Below, one piece after another: positions 37,401-46,555 of a stretch of 64,000 bases of DNA. The notes beneath the pieces are model-generated. The model searched no databases. It had not been told where the DNA came from and was given only the letters and a program-made list of their open reading frames with translations. The first letter of the stretch is position 1. Every line of letters starts with the position of its first letter. Source of the stretch: Octopus sinensis (taxonomy: Eukaryota); contig NC_043002.1 in NCBI RefSeq assembly GCF_006345805.1, positions 113,770,001-113,834,000 on the forward strand, written 5' to 3'. Made by a program: the position numbers and the translations under genes.

Positions 37401-37670
37401 TATAAGGTATTTGAGCTGGTGTCACGTACTTTTTTGCTATCTTTTGTTTAAATGCTTCACTCTAAAATTTCCTTATCTACTTTATCTGAAACTTTTTTTT
37501 TGTCTCTTTAATTTAAAATAAAGGCCAACACTGGAAATGTGGAACTTTCTTGTCCTGGAGTTCTAGAAGAGGCCATGGATAAAGCCGAAGTTAAACTGAT
37601 CCGGAGAAGCCAACACTTTGAAGAATTAGAACAATATATTGCTCCATCATTGGTACCTAAAGATAAATAG
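2463..37670 (+). CDS. NCAPH2: Condensin-2 complex subunit H2 (kleisin CAP-H2), spliced gene span; 17 coding exons in window, 5'-incomplete
   Basis: Exons join through GT-AG junctions in consistent phase to 1698 nt (565 aa + stop). They contain CAP-H2 motifs [81 protein letters not shown] and [11 protein letters not shown], recognised from the vertebrate protein. Confidence 0.95.
3909..4302 (+). mobile_element. Non-autonomous Helitron, family H1
   Basis: A|TC 5' end, CCCGAGCAACGCTGGG subterminal hairpin, CTAG|T 3' end; 3 copies in window. Confidence 0.88.
4436..4491 (+). CDS. NCAPH2: NCAPH2 exon ([19 protein letters not shown])
   Basis: tttcag / GTAAAT; matches VEYLYSLVYQALD motif. Confidence 0.95.
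5900..6205 (-). mobile_element. Penelope-like element remnant, GIY-YIG endonuclease with CxC..CP..GxC linker
   Basis: ORF 5920-6171: [25 protein letters not shown]...[23 protein letters not shown]; terminal ~25 bp recurs inverted at ~5053. Confidence 0.8.
6252..7347 (-). mobile_element. Degenerate RTE copy (PHD finger, RT C-terminus, 3'UTR)
   Basis: Frameshifted pieces homologous to the 22158 ORF ([39 protein letters not shown]). Confidence 0.92.
7344..7710 (-). mobile_element. Tc1-like DNA transposon 3' remnant
   Basis: Minus strand encodes [10 protein letters not shown] and downstream Tc1 transposase C-terminus; TIR-like CAGGCGTTGGACAAAATAATGGAGACACC; interrupted by a short RTE tail at ~7566-7608. 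Confidence 0.8.
7712..8597 (-). mobile_element. Degenerate RTE copy, RT N-terminal and central part
   Basis: [18 protein letters not shown] and LYADD pieces; overlaps the previous fragment by ~65 bp of diverged homology. Confidence 0.9.
8943..8995. repeat. (TA)n microsatellite (representative)
   Basis: Other simple repeats: (TA)n at ~18171, 52904, 53545, 56437, 56918, 57938; (TTTACTC)n 1944-1990; (CA)n(AAT)n 4921-4971. Confidence 0.95.
8995..9170 (+). mobile_element. ~175-bp (TA)n-flanked element with a minimal hammerhead-like motif (second copy 40632-40740)
   Basis: CUUU-CUGUAGA-A-GAGC-N4-GCUY-GAAAC-RUA-AAAG in both copies. Confidence 0.6.
10818..10896 (+). CDS. NCAPH2: NCAPH2 exon ([26 protein letters not shown])
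   Basis: ttctag / GTATGT; phase 2 in, phase 0 out, fits neighbours. Confidence 0.85.
11715..12423 (+). mobile_element. CR1-clade LINE 3' fragment
   Basis: [36 protein letters not shown]; (ATT)n tail. Confidence 0.88.
12596..12655 (+). CDS. NCAPH2: NCAPH2 exon ([20 protein letters not shown])
   Basis: cttcag / GTTTGT; LxLDD motif. Confidence 0.85.
13248..13327 (+). CDS. NCAPH2: NCAPH2 exon ([26 protein letters not shown])
   Basis: taccag / GTTAGT; IP..PM..V...EK..PL motif. Confidence 0.9.
15686..16082. repeat. Degenerate foldback, ~190-bp arms, 20-nt loop
   Basis: 15686-15875 vs 15896-16082, roughly 80% identical by eye with two small indels. Confidence 0.88.
16184..16323 (+). CDS. NCAPH2: NCAPH2 exon ([29 protein letters not shown]...)
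   Basis: ttccag / GTGAGT; GE.L..R.DFR.N motif. Confidence 0.92.
16612..16739 (+). CDS. NCAPH2: NCAPH2 exon (low-complexity linker ...[16 protein letters not shown])
   Basis: cattag / GTATTG; open frame, phases fit. Confidence 0.75.
16902..16994 (+). CDS. NCAPH2: NCAPH2 exon ([31 protein letters not shown])
   Basis: gcatag / GTATGT; phase 0-0. Confidence 0.8.
17594..17980 (+). mobile_element. tRNA-derived SINE family B, representative copy
   Basis: A box TGGCTGTGTGG, B box GGTTCAGTCC, CORE-like CCTTGGGCAAGT, internal (TA)/(TG) tract, (GAGTAAA)n tail. About 20 copies: 1945-2370(-), 10206-10497(-), 26646-27066(-), 31237-31663(-), 33829-34223(+), 41841-42218(-), 42456-42845(+), 44773-45200(-), 47265-47545(-), 50490-50790(+), 51573-51980(+), 52743-53158(+), 54478-55110(+), 57488-57914, 61557-61945(+) and others. 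Confidence 0.92.
18943..19244 (+). mobile_element. Helitron H1 copy with internal deletion
   Basis: Same termini; ~92 bp missing between TCTCTAAAAAT direct repeats. Confidence 0.88.
19297..19366 (+). CDS. NCAPH2: NCAPH2 exon ([24 protein letters not shown])
   Basis: tgctag / GTGAGT; conserved DPW..DP..KPFKKG. Confidence 0.93.
22008..22139 (+). CDS. NCAPH2: NCAPH2 exon ([24 protein letters not shown]...EDFVANT)
   Basis: ttgcag / GTAAGT; basic KRK patch as in homologues. Confidence 0.9.
24775..25084 (+). repeat. Five tandem 62-bp units in the RTE 3'UTR
   Basis: TTGTGGTACCAGTGCCGGTGGCACACAAGAATCCATCCGAACGTGGCCGTAGTCAGTACCGC x5, near-identical. Confidence 0.95.
26115..26400 (+). repeat. Four and a half tandem 62-bp units (second type) in the RTE 3'UTR
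   Basis: CAGCCTCGTCTGGCACCTGTGTCGGTGGCACATAAAAACACCATCCGAGCGTGGCCGTCTGC repeats. Confidence 0.95.
28742..28866 (+). CDS. NCAPH2: NCAPH2 exon ([42 protein letters not shown])
   Basis: tttcag / GTCAGT; phases fit. Confidence 0.85.
29068..29394 (+). mobile_element. Non-autonomous Helitron, family H2 (5' fragment also at 27551-27659)
   Basis: A|TCTCTCTATATATATAAA 5' end; terminal palindrome ending CCAG|T. Confidence 0.7.
29993..30320. repeat. Near-perfect inverted repeat, 119-bp arms, 90-bp spacer
   Basis: 29993-30111 vs 30202-30320, one mismatch seen. Confidence 0.95.
30539..30605 (+). CDS. NCAPH2: NCAPH2 exon ([22 protein letters not shown])
   Basis: ttttag / GTAATT; acidic region. Confidence 0.8.
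31902..32015 (+). CDS. NCAPH2: NCAPH2 exon ([38 protein letters not shown])
   Basis: tttcag / GTTTGT; acidic region. Confidence 0.85.
32503..32888 (+). mobile_element. SINE family C dimer
   Basis: Full unit plus head-truncated unit joined at AAAGAAATA|GGTATTTCG (32735/32736). Confidence 0.9.
33400..33530 (+). mobile_element. Mariner/Tc1-family transposase fragment
   Basis: [27 protein letters not shown] resembles the DDD-domain segment of maT/rosa-type transposases. Confidence 0.55.
33697..33755 (+). CDS. NCAPH2: NCAPH2 exon ([20 protein letters not shown])
   Basis: ttctag / GTAAGT; SYE.LV motif. Confidence 0.92.
35180..35281 (+). CDS. NCAPH2: NCAPH2 exon ([34 protein letters not shown])
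   Basis: tttcag / GTAAGT; C-terminal kleisin motif. Confidence 0.95.
35648..35794 (+). CDS. NCAPH2: NCAPH2 exon ([16 protein letters not shown]...[12 protein letters not shown])
   Basis: poly-T tract + cag / GTGAGT; winged-helix C-terminal motif. Confidence 0.95.
37524..37670 (+). CDS. NCAPH2: NCAPH2 last coding exon ([12 protein letters not shown]...[11 protein letters not shown])
   Basis: AAG acceptor after an upstream T-tract; AN..NV and Y.APS motifs; TAG at 37668-37670. Confidence 0.92.
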   Translation, partial: ANTGNVELSCPGVLEEAMDKAEVKLIRRSQHFEELEQYIAPSLVPKDK

Positions 37671-38142
37671 AGCTTATTATATTAGTTAAGAAGGTTCGTT
37701 TTGTTTCACATGCGTTTTCCATGCTAGCATCGCTTCGCACAGAAGGAAGCTCAGCAGGATTTTTATGACTGGATGCTCTTTCTGTCGCAAACGCTTACCT
37801 GTTTTTCAGGTAAGGGATTTTTTTTTCATTCCAGTAGAATTCGAAAATGCTGAGATAATGGACAATTTATAAGCAGGAAATGTCAACAATATCACAGGTT
37901 GTCAAGAGAAAATGTTTCTACTGTAAAAATTCTGTACAATGTTCATTTTTTAAAGTCTAGAAATTCAGTGCTTAAGTGACCTTAGCATTTGTATATTAAC
38001 AACGAAAACGAGGCTGCCTGCAAGATAATAAACCTTTAATTATGACAGGCTGTAGAAGCAGAGGTAATTTTGTATGCAGTCAATATTGTAAACCGGACTT
38101 TTGATGCAAATACAAGCATTCTTGCAGCACAAATGAATTACA

Positions 38143-38159
38143 AATAAAATGAGAATAAA
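38143..38159 (+). promoter_or_regulatory. Candidate NCAPH2 polyadenylation signals (two AATAAA)
   Basis: AATAAA at 38143 and 38154, followed by a T-rich tract, ~480 nt after the stop. Confidence 0.4.
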
Positions 38160-39269
38160 ATAATTCAATCTTTATTTTTTGTTTCAAATTTTGCTGACAA
38201 ATGTTTAAAACTTGAAATTTTTTTCTAGAATTTTATTTTCAGAATTTATAAAAATTCTTGTATGTGTTGAAATGATTCCATGAGACTAATTACAAATTAC
38301 AGCATATGGAGATTTAAACATAATTGTTAGTTTGTTGAATCTTTTACATGTAGTTGCCATGGGGCAACACTTGGTTTTCTTGTGATGTATCTAGCATTCA
38401 TTTAATTAGAATTGAAACAGATTGCAATTGATTTTTTTGACTAGGATTAAGAGGGAAGACTAATGTTGGTTGAAGCAATGTCTGTGTATTATTGCTATTT
38501 ATTTTATCCAAGAGTTCTAAAACACAATATCATCTCCAGACATGGCAAAGAAGCTGAATGAGAAATACAATCTAGTGTTTCACAACTTCTAATGACCTTT
38601 TCTCACTGGTCAGCTGCAGCAACACACCTGTTTCTGTTCTCATTCATGATCACTCTCTCACCAGGTAACCGTATATTTTCTCTACAGCAAGACACCTGTT
38701 TCTTATTTCACTCTTCATTATTTTCTCTCTCTCTGACCAGGTAATCATATATTTCTTCTACAACACACCTGTTTCTGCTCTCAATCGTGATTACTCTCTC
38801 TCTCTCTCTCACACACACCAGGTAACCATGTATTTCCTCTACAGCAAGACACCTGTTTCTGTCTATGTTACACTCTAACCTTTCATCATCTGGCACAAGA
38901 TCACCTCCTCCAATGCCCCCCTCCCTTCTCAAAGGTTCTTTGTTTGGCAAGTTACTTGGTGACCCTGCCAGTGCTGGTGCCTTGTAAAAGGCATCCAGTC
39001 CACACAGTAAAGGGGTTGGCATTTGGAAAGGCATCCGGCTGTAACAACCATGCCAAATCTGACCTCACCAGTGCTTGTGCTACATAAAAAGCACTGAGCC
39101 CACTCTGCTGGGTGGTTGGTGTTTGGAAGGGTATCCAGCCATAAAAACCATTCTAAAACAAACACTGAAGTCTGGTGCAGTCTTCTGCCTGGCCAGAATA
39201 AAATATAATATTCTTTCTTTTAATGGTTTCAGTCATATTGATTCTACTACTTGTTTCAGTCTGATTCTT

Positions 39270-40302
39270 ACTTTTCAATTTCTGAGAGTGTAGCTGCTAG
39301 AATAAGAATAGCCTGGGCAAAATTTAGAGAGCTCCTACTTCTGGTGACAAAGAGCCTCTCCCTCAGAGTAAAAGGTAGACTGTATGACGCATGTGTGTGA
39401 ACAGCCATGCTACATGGCAGTAAAACATGGGCTGTGACTGTTGAGGATATGTGTAAGCTTGCAAGAAATGAAGCTAGTATGCCCCGCTGGATGTGTAACG
39501 TCAGTGTGCATACACGACAGAGTGTAAGCGCCAAGAGAAAAGTTGGACCTAAAAGAAGCATCAGATGTGGTGTGCAAGAGAGATGACTGCGCTGGTATGG
39601 TTCATGTGTTACGTATGGAAAGGACAGCTGTGTGAAAAAGTGTGTCACGCTAACAGTAGAGGGAACCTGTGGAAGAGGAAGACCTGAGATGAGGTGGTGA
39701 AGCATGACCTTTGAATGTTGGGCTTCATGGAGCGATGATGAGTGATCAAGACCTTTGAAGATATGCTGTGCTTGAGAAGACCTGGCAAGCCCAGTGAGAC
39801 CGTAACTGCGGCTTATGCCAGTGCAGCATAACCAGCCCATTTAAGAGTAACCTTCAATCATTGGGCAATAAATAAACTGCTTGCAAAGACCTGCTGAGTC
39901 AAGTGAAGTCATTGTCGTGGCCGAAGCCAATACCACATGACTGGCGCCTGTGCCAGTAGCATGTAAAAAGTACCATTGGAGTGTTGTCATTGCTAGTGGT
40001 ACATAAAATGCACCATTTGAACGTGGTTGTTGCCAGTGAAGGTTGATTGGCTCTTGTGCCGGTGGCACGTAAAAAGCACCATTTAAGTGTGGTCGATGCC
40101 AGTACCGCCTGATTGGCCCTCGTGCCAGTGGCACATAAAAAGCACCCACTGCACTCTTGGAGTGGTTGGCGTTAGGAAGGGCATCCAGCTGTAGAAGCAC
40201 TGCCAGATCAGATTGGAACCTGGTGCAGCCTTCTGGCTTGCCAGTCCACAGTCAAATCCATGCCAGCTTGGAAAGCGGACATTAAACGACAATGATGATG
40301 AT
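39270..40302 (+). mobile_element. Degenerate RTE 3' part (ORF end + 3'UTR + TGA tail)
   Basis: [11 protein letters not shown] and RDD*LRWYG-like remnants; 3'UTR modules as in the 22158 copy. Confidence 0.88.
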
Positions 40303-40768
40303 GTTAGCTAAACTACTGAGTTAAGGGACATAACCAGCACTGATTCTGTTTTGATCAGTGCAAACGTCAACACAATATTATATATCTCAGCATCATTTTG
40401 ATTACAAAGTTTGCTTCCCAACCATGTGGTCTCAGGTTCAGTTCTGCAACATGGCCCCTTGGACAACTGTCTTCTACTATATATCCAGGCCAACGAAAGC
40501 CATGTGACAGGATTTGAAAAACAGAAACTGAAAGAAGCCTGTTGAATATATATATATATATGCTAGCACCGTCCAACCCATGCTAGCATGGAAAACGGAC
40601 GTTAAACGATGATGATGATGATATATATATAGATCGGTAGCTACTACACACATTTTTTTTCTGTGTCCCTTTCTGTAGAAGAGCGTAGGCTTGAAACGTA
40701 AAAGACTTTTTCAATTCCTGAGCGTTATACTAATACATACTCCTGCGCCTATATATATATATATATAT

Positions 40769-41013
40769 CTGTAAAATAATATGTGACAATTATTCAGTAA
40801 GCCAAGATAAAACTCTGAGTTTTGGATGCCGAGGTGGAAATCCTCACCACCATCTCTTCAGTTATCTGGCCATCTCTTGCTGTTGTGTAAGAGTTGTGAA
40901 TATTTGCTGTTTTCCCAGGTACGAAGAGATGGTGTTGTGGATTTCCACCTCGGCATCCGAAACTCAGAGTTTTATATTGGCTACCGAATAATTGTCATAT
41001 ATTATATTTACAG
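40769..41013. repeat. Foldback with ~90-bp arms, each carrying a damaged hammerhead
   Basis: 40769-40859 pairs with 40923-41013; hammerhead topology on the minus strand at 40801-40870. Confidence 0.8.
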
Positions 41014-41095
41014 AATTTCCTCTATTTACATAATATTGAGGTCTCTTTCTTTCTTTTGTTATCTTACCGTTTTTACCAAAATATATATATATATA

Positions 41096-41490
41096 CTAGC
41101 AGTATCGTCTGGCGTTGCTTGGGTTTGTAAGGGAAATAACTATATAAGCATTTTTAGAGATGTAAAGTATAATAGCCATCTCAATATGGCTAACCACAAG
41201 GGGGAGGGGGGTTACTGTAACTTTTTACGTTCCGAGATTTAATAATAAATTTTTAGAGTTACTTCCCTTATATATGCCAAAAATGGATTAAAATGGAAAA
41301 AAATGATGGTGAATTTTTTTTTAAATCGTAGACTCATCGTAGACGCGCGCTAATACCCAGAAGGGCTCGATATGAATCACGACTATAAGATACCCTGTTT
41401 TGGTTAAACTGCACCGCAAAATGTGGGAGTAGTTAGGAATCTAAATCGTAGGAGACAGACAGCACACAACCTCACTTTTATATATAAAGA
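41096..41490 (-). mobile_element. Helitron H1 copy
   Basis: Reverse complement of 3909-4302 with intact termini. Confidence 0.88.
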
Positions 41491-42844
41491 TATGTATATA
41501 TATATATATGAATATGTATGTATGTATCCTTGTCTTGGCAACATAGTTGTAAATAAACATCATCATCATGTTCATTTCTATGAAAAACATATGGCTATAG
41601 GGAGCCTTACTTGGAAATGGCTGAATGTAAACAGGAAGGTTAACCCTTTATCACTCACATTACTGTCAAATGTAATTCTTGTTTATTCAATTTGATATGA
41701 ATTAGTCATGCATTACTTTATAGCTTTGAGATTTAAATGATTTGATTGTTTGTTTTTTTTCTTTAGAATGGGAGGCCAGTTTAAAGATAAAACAGATAAA
41801 TTATTTTGGTAAGATATGGCCAGTTTAAACACTACTCTTTAACTGGTTTCAGTCATTTGACTGCGGCCATGCTGGAGCACCGCCTTTAGTCGAGCAAATC
41901 GACCCCGGGACTTATTCTTTGTAAGCCCAGTACTTATTCTATCGGTCTCTTTTGCCGAACCGCTAAGTAACGGGGACGTAAACACACCAGCATTGGTTGT
42001 CAAGCAATGCTAGGCGGACAAACACACATACACATATATATATATACATATATACGACAGGCTTCTTTCAGTTTCCATCTACCAAATCCACTCACAAGGC
42101 TTTGGTCGGCCTGGGGCTATAGCAGAAGACACTTGCCCAAGATGCCACGCAGTGGGACTGAACCCGGAACCATGTGGTTGGTTAGCAAGCTACTTACCAC
42201 ACAGCCACTCCTATGCCTATAATATATATATATTATACATGTAAAGGTAAGATCTAAGGGTCCAAATGTAGGAAGTAAGCTTTGAGCAATCTGTAAGAAG
42301 GTACAAAGAAACAACTTTCAGGAACAATAGTGGTTTATTGACATAGAAAGTTGTAAATGTTTCCCATATCAAAGTTTGATAAGCTGAATAAAGTTATTTT
42401 ATAGTTCATGGTTAGCAACTGGAGTTGCTATGAATAAAAATAAAAATTTATATATATGCGCAGGAGTGGCTGTGTGGTAAGTAGCTTGTTTACCAACCAC
42501 ATGGTTCCGGGTTCAGTCCCACTGCGTGGCACTTTGGCAAGTGTCTTCTACTATAGCTCGGGCTGACCAAAGCCTTGTGAGTGGATTTGGTAGACGGAAA
42601 CTGAAAGAAGCCCGTCGTATATATGTATATATATATATGTGCATGTGTGTGTTTGTGTGTCTGTCCCCCTAGCATTGCTGGTGTGTTTACGTCCCCGTTA
42701 CTTAGCGGTTCGGCAAAAAATACCGATAGAATAAGTACTGGGCTTACAAAAGAATAAGTCCTGGGGTTGAGTTGCTCGATTAAAGGCGGTGCTCCAGCAT
42801 GGCCGCAGTCAAATGACTGAAACAAGTAAAAGAGTAAAGAGAGT

Positions 42845-43990
42845 ATGTCATCATCATTTAATGTCCATTTTCTATACTGACATGGATAAGATGGTTTGAC
42901 TGCAGATGTTAAGCCAGAGAGCTGCACCAAGTTCCAATCTGTTTTCGTTTGGTTTCTATAGCTGGAGTGTACTGGGTGTCTTTTATGTGTCACCAGCACT
43001 GACCATGACCACCACTTAGCTTGATGTGCCTTCTCAAGCACAATTTGCTACAAGTTACAGTCATTTGTCAATGACACTGTGAGACCCAACATTTGAAGAT
43101 CACACTTTTCTACCTTGCCCCACATCAAATCTAAGTAGAGACTTCAAACTTGAAATCTTCAAAGCCACAGTCGAACCAATTCTACTCTATGGCTCAGAAA
43201 CCTGGACGTTATCAAAGAAGCTTGAGAGGCGGTTGGATGGAACCTACACTCGCCTCCTTATGAGAGCTCAAAATCTCTCGTGGAAGCGCCATCCAACCAA
43301 AATACAAATATATGGGCAACTACCACCTGTGTCATCTCTTCTGAAAGGTAGGAGAGTCCAGTTTGCTGGACATTGTTGTAGAGCTGAAAAAGAGGTAATT
43401 TCTCCTCTTCTCCTCTGGAAGCCATCTACTCGCAATACCAGAGGGCGCACACTCTCCTACCCTGATGTAATCTCCATGGATACAGGCATCCAGCAACAGG
43501 ACATCCGTAATGCCATGATGGACCATGAAGTCTGGCGTAACATAGTGAATTCCATTGTATTTTGGAGCACCGGTCGAACAATGATGATGATGATTGCCCC
43601 ACATCTTCCTGGGTCCACTTTTTCCACAGGTTTCTCCCACATTAGAGATTGGCACTTCTTTGTGCAGCCGTCATCATCCATATGCATCACATGATCTTAC
43701 CAGTACAGTCTTCTCTCTTGCATACTACATCTGATGCCTCTTATTTTTCTTTTAAGACACACTGTTGTACATGCACACTGGTTTGCACATGCAGCAGAAC
43801 ATGCTAGCTTCATTTCTTTCAAGTCATTTCTGTCACAGCCTATGTTTCACTGCCATGCAGCACGGCTGTTCGCGCACAGGCATTAATACAATCTGCCTTT
43901 CACTCTGAGAGAGAAGCCCTTTTTTACTAACAGAAGCTCTCTGAACTTTGCTCAGCCCATTCTTATTCTACTGCTGACGTGGTCACCTAA
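42845..43990 (-). mobile_element. Old RTE copy interrupted by a second LINE
   Basis: Minus-strand similarity to the RT C-terminus and 3' end of the 22158 family. Confidence 0.75.
43127..43593 (+). mobile_element. 5'-truncated LINE of a second RTE-like family, with 12-bp TSD
   Basis: EPILLYGSETWTLSK..RRVQFAGHC..; (TGA)n tail; TTGCCCCACATC duplicated at 43115-43126 and 43594-43605. Confidence 0.88.
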
Positions 43991-46525
43991 GTAATGGAAT
44001 CGATCTACTACTTCTAAATATCCCCACTGGGCATTCGATGAAAATATATTTCCTCTATGTACCCAGGGTTTATTTATAAGGGGGCAAATCATCTCCTTTA
44101 GGGAAATACATTTTATATAGAGAACAGCAGTTCCTGGCTTTACCTGGATTTACTAATACCTAAAATAAATACAATCACATGAACTCACTATATTTTCAAT
44201 TGCTTAAAAAGATGCTAAAACAATCTTTAATTGATGCAGAATTGTTTTGATATACTCAGAACTGTGGCATCCAACTAATTCCATTTTAGAAAGTATCAAA
44301 AAATGAAGACATATAGTCTATGACCTCCTTCAGAAGATGTGATCCTGTTCAAAATTTTCAGTTACCTAGCTGCATGGAATACATCATCTAACATCCATTT
44401 ACCATGCTGGTATGGGTTGGATATTTCAACAGGATCTGACAAGTCAGAGGACAGTGCCAAGCTACAGTATATTCTGGCGTGGTTTCAATAGCTGGATGCC
44501 CTTCCTAACCCCAATCACTTTACAGAATGTACTGGTTGCTTTCTACATGGCACTGGTACTAGTGAGGTCTCCTAGTAACTCACAAGACAAGGCCCACAAC
44601 TGAGGGGGTGTAGTATTAAGGGAGGTGGCATTATGCAAGGTGTTGTGAGGTTAAAGAAGAGGCTCATGAACAGGTGTCTTGCTGTAGAGGAGATACACAG
44701 ATGGCTCCCCCTGTTGGAAAAGAGGGTGATGACAATGTGTCAGGTGACAGAAAGTTAAATGGAAGTATATCTTTTACTTGTTTCAGTCATTAGAGTGTGG
44801 CCATGCAGCTAGCTCCACCTTGAAGAATTTTTAGTCAAATGAATCGACCCCAGGACTTGATTTTGTTAAGCCTTATACTTATTTTATCAGTCTCTTTTGC
44901 CAAACTACTAAGTGACAGGGTTCATAGATACACTAACATCAGTTGTCAAGGGGTGGCAAGGGGACAGATACACACACACACACAATGAGCTTCTCTCAGT
45001 TTCTGTAAACCAAATCCACTCACAAGGCGATGATTTGCTCCCTTATAAATAAACCCTGGGTACATCAAATGCCCAGTGGGGATATTTAGAAGTAGTAGAT
45101 CGATTCCATTACTTAGTAGAAGACTCTTGCCTAAGGTGCCAGATAGCAGGATTGAAACCAGAATCATGTGATTGGGAAGTAAGCTTCTTACCATACAGCC
45201 ACATCATCATCATCATCATCATCATCATTTAACATCCTCCTTCCATGCTGGCATGGGTTGGACAGTTTGACAGGAGCCTGCACCATATTTCTCTGTCTGT
45301 TGTGGCATGGTTTTTATGGCTGGATGCCCTTCCTAAAACCAACCACTCTGCAGAGTAGCGTGGACAGAAATGGGGAGTGAAAGATAATCATAGTGTATGA
45401 AGACGAAACGTGAGGAAAGGAAGAGATAGTTTTGGGAGAGGAGATGTAGATGTAGTTTGGTTTGTTGGGGTTAGGGTATGTGAAAATTTTGTTTCGTGCA
45501 GGTGGAACACACTTGGAGAACTCAGTTTTGCCCATGTGGGCATTACCAGACGTCTTGGTCCACTGTCATTTCTTCTGCCCATCAAAATACTTTTGACAAA
45601 CTCGTCATGCAGGCCATTGCAGTTACAGGATATAGTTTATTAACTATATTGATCTGGCGTTAGGAAGGGCATCCAGCCGTAGAAACACTGCCAGATCAAA
45701 CTGGGCCTTGTGCAGCCTTCTGGCTTCCCAGACCCCAGTTGCACTGTCCAACCCATGCTAGCATGGAAAGCGGATGCTAAAAGATGATGATGATGACGAT
45801 GAACATTTAAATAAAAACAATAAATGGTTTAAATTTCAAGATTTATTCTTAAAAAAAACAACATCTTTTTCAATGAATAAAGTTATGTTTCAAATTTTTT
45901 TGTGTTAACTGAAAGCATTAATTCAAATAGAGCAGATGTTTACAAGTGATGGGGAAGATAGAATAGATTTTAACAGATCCTGTGTATTAGTGCTGAAGAA
46001 TTGTGAAGAGTTGCTATTTAGCCTCAGGTCAGCTTTCATCATGCAGACCTATGATTAAAGGTGTTCTGGTCTTGACCATTCAGTCTTTCTTCAGATATCT
46101 AGGAGAATATTATCCAATGTCTTCCTTTTTGAAAAACTAAGGTATGGTTTGAGGAAGGAGTTTAGCTGCTATTTCTAGCAGAGCTAGTGACTGTGTAATG
46201 GTGGTTTCCTCATTGGCTCATTTGTGAAGAGTATACAAAGAAATGTTTGACAGGGGCTTTAAGAATAACAATATAAAGATCATCTCTGCTGTTACCTTTT
46301 TTGTTTGTTTTTCATTTTTATTCCATTTTTAAAAAGTTTTTTTTTTTTTTTTTCTTAAAGAAACTCCCTTTCCAATTGATTGATAAAGTTGATGTCACAG
46401 AAGTAAACTGTACAAAATTCAGTTGTTGGGTTCTGATTTATAAAATAGCAAACTGTTACACTTTATTGTTATTGTTGCATATCATCAGTCAATGAATATT
46501 GTGATTCAACTGGTGCCGGTGCCAT

Positions 46526-46555
46526 TTACATTGCTTCCTGTTCATAAAACTGTAC
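46526..46555 (-). CDS. PLEKHF2: Probable PLEKHF2 terminal coding exon (VQFYEQEAM*)
   Basis: tttctatttccag acceptor, phase 0 fits, TAA stop, AATAAA ~60 nt downstream (46462-46467). Alternative: read-through of the 50235 donor gives a 27-aa tail instead. Confidence 0.6.
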   Translation of the reverse strand, partial: VQFYEQEAM

